Assembly (NCBI GenBank): GCA_030647965.1
Contig: JAUSIT010000028.1
Coordinates: 1 to 49,584 of the forward strand
Origin: Nanobdellota archaeon
Lineage (GTDB): Archaea; Nanobdellota; Nanobdellia; Pacearchaeales; GW2011-AR1
Length of the DNA stretch: 49,584 nt
Reading direction: 5' to 3'
Below, piece after piece: positions 1 through 7,338 of the stretch. Made by a program: the position numbers and the translations under genes. The notes below the pieces were generated by a model. That model did no database searches, had not been told where the DNA came from, and was given only the letters and a program-made list of their open reading frames with translations. How positions within the stretch are numbered: position 1 is the first letter of the stretch; the number at the start of each line of letters is the position of its first letter.

Positions 1-100
1 GAAGTATTGCAAAAAGCTCTGCATCACTTAGTGCTTCTGGTCCAAGTTTAAGAAATCTTTCCCTAGGCCTGTTTTCTTTCGGGATGTCAAGGATTTTCAT
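1..100 (-). CDS. radC: RadC/UPF0758 (JAB-domain) family protein, N-terminal part (runs off window)
   Basis: Manual translation of reverse strand from ATG at 100: [33 protein letters not shown], the RPRE...GxxALSDAELLAIL signature. Confidence 0.9.
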   Translation of the reverse strand, partial: MKILDIPKENRPRERFLKLGPEALSDAELFAIL

Positions 101-165
101 AACTATTATAAACATTTAATAATTATAAACGTTATCAAAAATGGAGAGATAAAACTTAAACACAA

Positions 166-585
166 ATGAAAAATAGAAGATTTAACAAACCTCAAAATAA
201 GAATAGTATTCCTCTGAAAGGAAAATTTTCTTCCTATGGAATTATTATTATTGGATTAATTTTCTTAATTGTTTCAATATCTTTCCCAGATGTTAAACCT
301 CAATATGGAAGAATAATTGGAATTTTAGCAGGGGTGTATTGCCTATATTTAGGAATAAAAGGAATAAGAAAACCAGAACCTAATCCTCAACAGGTAATAA
401 AACCTCAAAGAAATGTTATTCGGGTAAAAAGTGGATTTTTTCCACTGATTGTTGGACTGCTTTTCTTGGTTGTTGGAATTTTTGTAACAACTGGCATTTC
501 TCCGCAAAATATTTTTTGGAGAATTATTTGTTTAGTAACTGGATTATTTATGATTTATATTGGAATAAAAGCAATAATCCAATAA
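166..585 (+). CDS. Small membrane protein, ~4 TM, internal two-fold repeat
   Basis: Two similar hydrophobic hairpins (IIGLIFLIV...RIIGILAG..YLGIKGI vs IVGLLFLVV...RIICLVTG..YIGIKAI). Confidence 0.7.
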   Translation: MKNRRFNKPQNKNSIPLKGKFSSYGIIIIGLIFLIVSISFPDVKPQYGRIIGILAGVYCLYLGIKGIRKPEPNPQQVIKPQRNVIRVKSGFFPLIVGLLFLVVGIFVTTGISPQNIFWRIICLVTGLFMIYIGIKAIIQ

Positions 586-735
586 AAAATCCCAATCACA
601 GTAAACTGTGGGGTATTTTTTAAACCTCCAAATGGGAACGTAAAAAGATAAGAACAAAAGTTTTTGGGTATAAGACCCATTTGCAGTAATCAAAACAAAA
701 TCTTAATTAATTTTCCAGCAATTTAATAACCCCCG

Positions 736-875
736 TCCCACCGCATCCACAAAACCTTTTAATCTTCTTGAAATTAGTGAGTATATCATGTTGAAAAATC
801 TTAATAAATATCAAGCAGGTAAAACCCTTATTTATCTTGTGCGTCACGGCGAGAGAATACATATTCCTAGAACTC
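736..875 (+). repeat. Direct repeat copy 1 (promoter region + 5' end of histidine phosphatase gene)
   Basis: Aligns with 4501-4641 with about nine differences by eye. Confidence 0.95.
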
Positions 876-973
876 GCCCCTACAGATCATTAGACCATTA
901 CCTTACCCATATTAATATCAAAACAACAGAATGCAAAGCTTTAAATATTACTATCATTATAATGATAGTATGA
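788..973 (+). pseudogene. Truncated 5' duplicate of the histidine phosphatase gene
   Basis: First ~29 aa match 4554..5138 (YLVRHGERIHIP), then unrelated sequence. Confidence 0.85.
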
Positions 974-1608
974 GAATTGAGTTATTGAACCAGTATGTGA
1001 TAAAGATTTTGATTTCATGCAGGAAAGAAGATAGCATTAGCGCTATTTCAGAGAGAATTGGTTTATCTTATGGGTGGACTCATAAATGGGCGGAGGAATT
1101 AATTAAAGAAGGAGTTTTAAAAGAAAAATGGAGAGGAATTATTTTGCAGGATCAGAATCAATCTTACAAAAGAATAATCAAGTTTATTAAAGAAAATTTG
1201 AATGATGTAGTGTTTTATTATTCTGCATTGCAATTATTCGGAATAAACTACTGCTTGACAAAAACCGATGCAGTTTATTTATGGACAGAAGGAAGATATA
1301 ATATTGCCAGATACAAAAATTTTTATCCAATTTTTATTAAGATTAAAGAAGAAGACCATGCTTTATTTTTAGAATATTGCAAAAAATTAAACTTAAAGAT
1401 TAATTCAAAAAAAGGAATTTTCTATTTTCCTGAAATTGTTAAAAAGTTGGAATGCACCAAGAAAAATAATGTACCTGTTGAAACATTAGATAATACTATA
1501 GAATTTATGAAAGATAATATTTATAACTTTCAGCCAGCTTTAGAAATGATAAGTGAGATGTATCATAAAAAATTAGATATTCAATATAAAGAGGTAAATA
1601 ATTTATAA
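970..1608 (+). CDS. Winged-HTH protein, putative antitoxin partner (AbiEi-like organisation)
   Basis: N-terminal HTH-like SISAISERIGLSYGWTHKWAEELIKEG; directly upstream of an NTase gene; ATG at 970 preferred over 931. Confidence 0.65.
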   Translation: MRIELLNQYVIKILISCRKEDSISAISERIGLSYGWTHKWAEELIKEGVLKEKWRGIILQDQNQSYKRIIKFIKENLNDVVFYYSALQLFGINYCLTKTDAVYLWTEGRYNIARYKNFYPIFIKIKEEDHALFLEYCKKLNLKINSKKGIFYFPEIVKKLECTKKNNVPVETLDNTIEFMKDNIYNFQPALEMISEMYHKKLDIQYKEVNNL

Positions 1609-1610
1609 AA

Positions 1611-1742
1611 ATCAAAAAAACCCTTTTGATTATTCATATGGTTTTTAGGATGAAGGAAATTCGCTCGAATTTCCTGCCCTGAAAATTAAATCAATTTTCA
1701 GTGATCCAAAATTTAACTAAATGATAAAAAATTTATAGACAT
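1611..1742 (+). repeat. AT-bounded four-hairpin palindromic element
   Basis: ATCAAAAAA...GACAT; hairpins ggaaattc/gaatttcc and ctgaaaatt/aattttcag; collinear with reverse complement of 6039-6159. Confidence 0.8.
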
Positions 1743-2424
1743 GAAAGAACTTATAAAAAAGGAAAATAGCATATTTGAAATATTGCAGAAATTTATTGAT
1801 TCTTCCTTAAATTTTATTATTGTTGGAGGTTATGCAGTCTCATCTTTTAGGCATAGATTTTCTGTTGATGCAGATATGGTCATAAAAAACCAAGATTTAG
1901 AAGAATTTGAAATTATTTTGAGAAAAGAGGGTTTTAAAAAAATAATAAGTAAAGAATTAGAGAATATTTACTCTTCGAGATTTGTAAGATATAGTAAAAA
2001 TACGGCTAGCATTGACTTAATGATAGATGCTTTAGCTTCAAGAACAACAACTGCTTCATTTAGTTATGATATATTGTCAAATAACTCTTCTAAAAGAAAA
2101 ATAATCGGAATTGAAAAAGAAATAACTGCATTTGTTCCAGACAAAGAAATCTTAATAGTAACAAAAATTCATTCAGGAAGATTAACTGATTTTAGAGATA
2201 TTGCTGCTTTAGCAAAAGATTCTGACTTAAATAAAATACAGAAATTTCTGTTTATAGGAGATATAAATGAGGTCAATAAGAATTTAAGGGAGTTAAATAA
2301 AATTGTTAATGATAAAAAATTTATAGATTCATTTAAAGGAGTATTTATGGAAAAGAAATTTGACATTGATTTAAAACAGGTTAAAAAAATAAGTGAAATA
2401 AAAAATAACTTTAGAAAAGGATGA
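1741..2424 (+). CDS. Pol-beta superfamily nucleotidyltransferase (AbiEii/DUF6036-like putative toxin)
   Basis: VGGYAV...RFSVDADMV motif; later K..SGR..DFRD motif. Confidence 0.8.
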   Translation: MKELIKKENSIFEILQKFIDSSLNFIIVGGYAVSSFRHRFSVDADMVIKNQDLEEFEIILRKEGFKKIISKELENIYSSRFVRYSKNTASIDLMIDALASRTTTASFSYDILSNNSSKRKIIGIEKEITAFVPDKEILIVTKIHSGRLTDFRDIAALAKDSDLNKIQKFLFIGDINEVNKNLRELNKIVNDKKFIDSFKGVFMEKKFDIDLKQVKKISEIKNNFRKG

Positions 2425-2431
2425 TCTATTC

Positions 2432-2511
2432 AAAAAAGCATAACGAACCCTATCTAATTGTCCTGAGCTCAATCCTGAACCGTCATTCGTTCAATAGGAC
2501 TTACTCGTTAT
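2432..2511 (-). ncRNA. Candidate ~80 nt small structured RNA
   Basis: Minus-strand BRE/TATA at 2540-2533, three nested stems, closing T6 tract at 2437-2432. Confidence 0.5.
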
Positions 2512-2595
2512 AATAGTTATAGTATCGCTCATTATTTAAACTTTTGTAATAGGTTAAGTGTTAAATATTAAAACAGGTATTTCCTCTTAAAAAAT

Positions 2596-4497
2596 ATGAC
2601 TCAAAAGGAACCAATAAAATTAAATAAAGAACAGCAAGAAGCAGTTAATACTATAGATGGAAATCTTCTGATTATTGCAAGTGCTGGAACAGGTAAAACT
2701 ACAACTATAATTGAAAGGTATGTAAATCTAGTGCAAAATCACCAATATAAACCAAATGAGATAATGATGACTACTTTCACGAATAAAGCTTCAAAGGATA
2801 TGATTAGGAAGATTGTTGAAAGAACAGGTTCTGAACCGCCTTATATGGGAACAATGCACTCGCTTTTTTTAAAAATACTAAGGAGTCATGCCAGGAGTAT
2901 ATCTCTTGATCCAGAATTTACTTTAATCCATGATGAATATGACAAAAGAAAAATAATGAAAAAAATAATTATTGGGGAAGGAATTCCTAATAAACCAGAT
3001 AATGTTAATTATTTCTTATTTTGGATTAGTAAATTCAAGAATCGAGGAGTTTTAGCAGAAGATTTATCTGAAAAATCTACACTAGATGATAATATAAAAC
3101 AAGGAGTTATAGAAGAGATCTTAGATGATGATATTATTCAAGTAGATCCTAATTTAAGAAAATATGTTAATAAAATATATAAGATATATGAACAAGAACT
3201 TAAAAAAATAAATTCAATAGATTTAGATGACATTTTACTACTAACCTTTAAAATATTGGATAAAAATCCAGAAATAAAAGAAAGATATTCTCATAAATTT
3301 AAGGCAATTATGGTTGATGAAGCTCAAGATCTAAATGTTGTTCAGATTAATATTTTAGAATTATTAAAAAATAATAATATCTGTTTAATCGGAGATGATT
3401 GCCAAAATATTTATGAGTGGAGGGGGTCTTCAAATAAACTTGTTTTTGAATTTGATAAAACTGCTAAAAAAGTAATATTAAAAGAAAATTATAGATCTAC
3501 TAAAAAGATAATTACAGCAGTTAATAAAACAATAAATTCTTTTACAATTAAAATTGATAAAAATTTGATTTGCACTAGGGAAAGTGGAAAAGAGATATTA
3601 GTTGAATCATTTCATACTTTTGATTATGAAATAAAGTTTATTGTTCATGAAATTAAAAAATTAATAAAAAATAATATTCAAAAAGAAGATATTGCAGTTT
3701 TATTTAGAACAAACAATATGGGGAAACAAATAGAAAAAGAATTTAGAAGAAATAAAATCCTGTGTCACCTCTCTAAATCTAGAAGTTTTTTTGAAAGAGA
3801 AGAAGTAAGAGACATTATTTCATTATTAAAACTTAAACAAAATTATAATTCCCTTTATGACTTTGAAAGAATAATTAATTTACTTCCAAATTTCGGAGAA
3901 TCAAAAATACATAAATTAAAAGAGATATCAATAAATTATAAATGTTCTCTTGTAAACTCTTTAGATTATTCAGATGAACTAAAACTAAATGAGGATGGAA
4001 AATATAACTTAAATTTATTAAAGGATCTTTTATCAAGTAAGGAAAATCCTCTAAAACTATTTCTTAAAACTTTTAATTATCTGGGTAAGATTATTAATAA
4101 ATATAAAGATGATCCTGAAAAACTAGAAGATAAATTAGAAAATATTAAATTAATTGAAGGATTATTTGAAGAATATTCCCCTGATTTAGAAGGAATAAAA
4201 AATTTCTTAGATAGTTTAATAGAATTAGAGAAAAAAGAAAAAGATAGGGATAAAATAGTATTAACCACAATCCATAGTGCTAAAGGGTTAGAATGGAAAT
4301 ATGTATTTCTTGCAGGATGTAATGAAAAAATATTACCGTTTTATGTGCGGTCATTAACTCCTTTAAAGAGAGATAGTGAGTTAAGATTATTTTATGTGGC
4401 CATATCTAGAGCTAAGGATTTTCTTATTATAACTTATTCAGATAATCATCATTGGAAAGAACTAGATCCATCCCACTTTATAGAGATTATTAATTAA
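2596..4497 (+). CDS. uvrD: SF1A UvrD/Rep/PcrA DNA helicase
   Basis: LNKEQQEAV, ASAGTGKT, TFTNKA, VDEAQD, GDDCQNIYEWRG, ENYRS, TIHSAKGLEW, RLFYVAISRA. Confidence 0.95.
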   Translation: MTQKEPIKLNKEQQEAVNTIDGNLLIIASAGTGKTTTIIERYVNLVQNHQYKPNEIMMTTFTNKASKDMIRKIVERTGSEPPYMGTMHSLFLKILRSHARSISLDPEFTLIHDEYDKRKIMKKIIIGEGIPNKPDNVNYFLFWISKFKNRGVLAEDLSEKSTLDDNIKQGVIEEILDDDIIQVDPNLRKYVNKIYKIYEQELKKINSIDLDDILLLTFKILDKNPEIKERYSHKFKAIMVDEAQDLNVVQINILELLKNNNICLIGDDCQNIYEWRGSSNKLVFEFDKTAKKVILKENYRSTKKIITAVNKTINSFTIKIDKNLICTRESGKEILVESFHTFDYEIKFIVHEIKKLIKNNIQKEDIAVLFRTNNMGKQIEKEFRRNKILCHLSKSRSFFEREEVRDIISLLKLKQNYNSLYDFERIINLLPNFGESKIHKLKEISINYKCSLVNSLDYSDELKLNEDGKYNLNLLKDLLSSKENPLKLFLKTFNYLGKIINKYKDDPEKLEDKLENIKLIEGLFEEYSPDLEGIKNFLDSLIELEKKEKDRDKIVLTTIHSAKGLEWKYVFLAGCNEKILPFYVRSLTPLKRDSELRLFYVAISRAKDFLIITYSDNHHWKELDPSHFIEIIN

Positions 4498-4500
4498 TCT

Positions 4501-4641
4501 TCCCACCGCATCCCCAAAACCTTTTTAATCTTCTTGAAATTAGTGAGTATATCATGTTAAAACATCCTAATAAATATCAAACAGGTAAAACCATTATTTA
4601 TCTTGTGCGTCACGGTGAGAGAATACATATTCCTGGAACTC
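4501..4641 (+). repeat. Direct repeat copy 2
   Basis: Matches 736-875; belongs to the intact gene. Confidence 0.95.
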
Positions 4642-5138
4642 CCCCACCACATGATTTTGGCTTGAGCAAAAAGGGAATAAAACAAGCCAAAGATGTTGCT
4701 AAGAAATTTGTTAAAATAAAGGAGGAAGTTGATGCTCTTTATACTAGCCCAATGAAAAGAGCATTTGAAACAGCTGTTGAAATTGGTAAGAAAATAAATA
4801 AAAAACCAATAGTTATTAAGGGTTTAGAAGAGATTACTAAAATACTTGAAAAACCTAAACTTTTTAATAAAAACTATTGGGGGCAGAGAATAAAGTTTAG
4901 AAAAAAACAAAAAATATTTAATGAGCTTCTTAAAAATAATAAAGGCAAGGTAATAATCTTAGTAGCTCATGGAAGATTAAATAGGATGCTTCTTGGAAAA
5001 AAGCTTGGGCTTTCGCATAAAGCCAGCAATGTTTTTGATTCACATAACTGCCACATAACTATTGCTAGTTTTAAGGGTCAAAAGTTAGATTATATTCATT
5101 GTGTTAATAGTAAAGAGCTGATTAACATACAAGATTAA
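4554..5138 (+). CDS. Histidine phosphatase (phosphoglycerate mutase-like) family protein
   Basis: LVRHGE, LSKKGIKQA, SPMKRAFETA, LVAHG motifs. Confidence 0.9.
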   Translation: MLKHPNKYQTGKTIIYLVRHGERIHIPGTPPPHDFGLSKKGIKQAKDVAKKFVKIKEEVDALYTSPMKRAFETAVEIGKKINKKPIVIKGLEEITKILEKPKLFNKNYWGQRIKFRKKQKIFNELLKNNKGKVIILVAHGRLNRMLLGKKLGLSHKASNVFDSHNCHITIASFKGQKLDYIHCVNSKELINIQD

Positions 5139-5148
5139 GGATTTAATG

Positions 5149-5310
5149 TTACTTTTTCTTCTTTAATTTTATTTCGCCTTTTTTTATCTCTGCTTCTAGT
5201 TCATATCCTTCTAAACCAGATTCTTTAACATACATTGGAGGAATAATAACTGCATACTTATAGTATTTCTTATTTTTTCTCTTATTTGAAAGTTGTTTCT
5301 GAATCCTCAT
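5149..5310 (-). CDS. Small AbrB/MazE-like DNA-binding protein (53 aa, absent from ORF track)
   Basis: Manual translation MRIQKQLSNKRKNKKYYKYAVIIPPMYVKESGLEGYELEAEIKKGEIKLKKKK; VIIP..V...GL....L pattern. Confidence 0.7.
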   Translation of the reverse strand: MRIQKQLSNKRKNKKYYKYAVIIPPMYVKESGLEGYELEAEIKKGEIKLKKKK

Positions 5311-5371
5311 ATAATTAATAATAAACTAAAGGCTTTTTTATACTTGTCGGAACCTACTACTTTAAAGTTAC

Positions 5372-5389
5372 TATGTAGGTACCTACATA
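5372..5389. promoter_or_regulatory. Perfect 18 bp palindrome, putative operator
   Basis: TATGTAGGTACCTACATA abutting TATA-like TTTATAA (5390-5396) between divergent genes. Confidence 0.7.
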
Positions 5390-5418
5390 TTTATAAGCTT
5401 GTTTTCATATAAATCTTT

Positions 5419-5622
5419 ATGAAAAATAAATTTCTTGGAGTAGGCTGGAAGAGCAAAATTATCCTAAAAAGGGCTACTGCTTATATTTCAATAAATAAAC
5501 TTGTGGTAGATGGATGTTGCCTAGAAAAAGGGCAGGAATTATATTCTTATCTTGCTGAAGATAAAAAAGGGAGAAAAATAATAATTACTTATCTCGACGG
5601 AAAAAAGAAAGCTAAAAGTTGA
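5419..5622 (+). CDS. Small protein, possible AbrB-like swapped-hairpin fold
   Basis: TAYISINKLVVDGCCLEKGQEL resembles the AbrB pattern; TATA upstream. Confidence 0.55.
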   Translation: MKNKFLGVGWKSKIILKRATAYISINKLVVDGCCLEKGQELYSYLAEDKKGRKIIITYLDGKKKAKS

Positions 5623-5687
5623 AGTTTTTGCTTACGCAAAAACTTACACATTAATTATTTAAGTTTTATAAAGTTTTAAGATATACA

Positions 5688-6032
5688 ATGAGCGAGAGCC
5701 AATCAAGATATAGTATTGTAGAAAGATTAACTCAAAAGAAACTGGATATTATTTCTCAAAAGTTAGAATTAGCTGAAGATTTAAAACTTAAACAACAGAA
5801 AGTTGAACAATTAAAAAAAGAGATTGAAGATTGGGAAGATGATATTCAGCAAGATATTGAAAGAACAAGAAGATTAAAAAAAAGAGAAACAGAAAAATCT
5901 GAAATTGGAAGTGAAAATGCAAAACAAAGAATGGCGGCAAAAGAAGCTGCACTTGATGAAAAAATTAAAGCAATTGATAAAGCATTAGAAAGAATAGAAG
6001 AAATTAGCAAAACCTCTCCAACAAATCAATAG
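5688..6032 (+). CDS. Coiled-coil hypothetical protein
   Basis: 114 aa, E/K/Q-rich heptad pattern. Confidence 0.7.
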   Translation: MSESQSRYSIVERLTQKKLDIISQKLELAEDLKLKQQKVEQLKKEIEDWEDDIQQDIERTRRLKKRETEKSEIGSENAKQRMAAKEAALDEKIKAIDKALERIEEISKTSPTNQ

Positions 6033-6038
6033 ATTATA

Positions 6039-6159
6039 ATGTCAGAAATGAAAATTTCTGAGCACAAGAAAATCACTGATTTTCTGTGCCGAAAATTCCT
6101 TTATGGAATTTTCTTGCATCCCAAAAACCCAACAATAAAACCAAAGGGGTTTTTATGAT
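6039..6159 (-). repeat. AT-bounded four-hairpin palindromic element
   Basis: Reverse complement ATCATAAAAACCCC...TTTCTGACAT; same module order as 1611-1742. Confidence 0.8.
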
Positions 6160-6318
6160 CTCGAAAAAACAAAACTGGCCATGTGCCTGAGATGTAAACT
6201 GGAAAAAAATATGCAATGCCATGTTGCTGCATCCTTGCAGATTCAATTCTGCTAATAAAGGTTAAAAGTTTAATAATATAATTGCCTGCATAACCTGCGG
6301 GCATTTATCTTTAAAAAT

Positions 6319-6540
6319 ATGAACATGAAAAGCACAATAAAATATAAAATTGTTAATAAAAAAAGAAGACCTTTATGTGATTACTATGGAACTTGCAAAA
6401 ATCTTGCGTTCAAAGAAGTTTATCCTGATTTAGGAAAAAAGAAAAAAGGTGATGCGGGCTGGAGTTATTTATGTAGAAAACATCTTATGCAGGAACTAAA
6501 AAGATTAAAAGGAAAATTGCCATATTGCAACATAAATTAA
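6319..6540 (+). CDS. Small basic Cys/His (putative Zn-binding) protein
   Basis: CDYYGTC...WSYLCRKH. Confidence 0.6.
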   Translation: MNMKSTIKYKIVNKKRRPLCDYYGTCKNLAFKEVYPDLGKKKKGDAGWSYLCRKHLMQELKRLKGKLPYCNIN

Positions 6541-6590
6541 CTTATTGAAAATACCCAAATAAATTTAAAGTTTAAAGGATTAATAATAAA

Positions 6591-7067
6591 ATGGAAGAGG
6601 ATACAACAAATATAGCCATATTTAATGGAAAAACAATAAGAAGAAAGCTTGTTGGAGATAAATGGTTTTTTTCTGTGATTGATGTAGTTTATGCCCTAAC
6701 AGATAGTACTATTCCTAAAAGATACTGGGCAGATTTAAAGGCAAAATTAATAGAAGAAGGATTTGAAGCGTACGATAAAATCGTACTGTTGAAATTAATA
6801 GCAGAAGATGATAAATTAAGAGAAACGGATTGTGCAGACACAGAAGGCATATTTAGAATAATTCAATCAATTCCCTCCAAAAAGGCAGAGCCATTTAAAA
6901 GATGGCTTGCTAAAATTGGTTACCTCAAAAATCTTCATGAATTTAGATTTCTGATGGTCCAAAAATTCCAAACAAATACTCAAGAATTTTTTGATGAAAG
7001 AATACAGGAGATAGAAAATCCTGAACTTGCACAAGAAAGGATGAAAAATTCAATTGAATTATGTTAG
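6591..7067 (+). pseudogene. Bro-N (phage antirepressor-like) protein, with in-frame insertion and probable C-terminal truncation
   Basis: WFFSVIDVV..LTDS..P.RYW.DLK, ETDCAD...FRIIQSIPSKKAEPFKRWLAK; stops soon after ELAQERMK. Confidence 0.75.
6922..6995 (-). repeat. Two-hairpin element inserted in frame (72 nt) in the Bro-N gene
   Basis: Splits conserved GY|ERIQEIENPE; reverse complement begins ATCAAAAAA. Confidence 0.75.
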
Positions 7068-7104
7068 TTAGTTATCCTCTTTCCAACCCTTAGCCCGCCC
7101 CCAT

Positions 7105-7120
7105 CAATAACCTTTATAAA
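7105..7120 (+). promoter_or_regulatory. BRE/TATA promoter of the ribosomal protein operon
   Basis: caataaccTTTATAAA about 220 nt upstream of rpl3. Confidence 0.55.
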
Positions 7121-7338
7121 GTCTTTTTTTCTCTAGAAACTATCACGAGCTTAGAACTTAACTGTCTAGGCGGTAGAATCCTAAGTTAAGAAACAGAGAA
7201 CAAGTATGGGCGACTGCTAATTGCCTGTTAGTGTTTGAAGTTTGACCATTTGGAAATGTAAATTTCCGAAGATAAAACTATAAATAAATGGAATATTAAT
7301 CCAAAAATAAATAGAAAATAACATAAAAATAATACAAA

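Noticed and set aside
2596-4497. UvrD as Gabija GajB
   Set aside because: No adjacent OLD-family ATPase/TOPRIM (GajA); length and motifs fit a standard UvrD/PcrA.
6101-6304. 67 aa minus-strand ORF
   Set aside because: Overlaps palindromic elements and has no recognisable motif.
7143-7270. SRP RNA, 5S rRNA or tRNA identity for the rpl3 leader (and for 2432-2511)
   Set aside because: No SRP helix-8 motif, no cloverleaf or T-loop, no 5S consensus recognised by eye.
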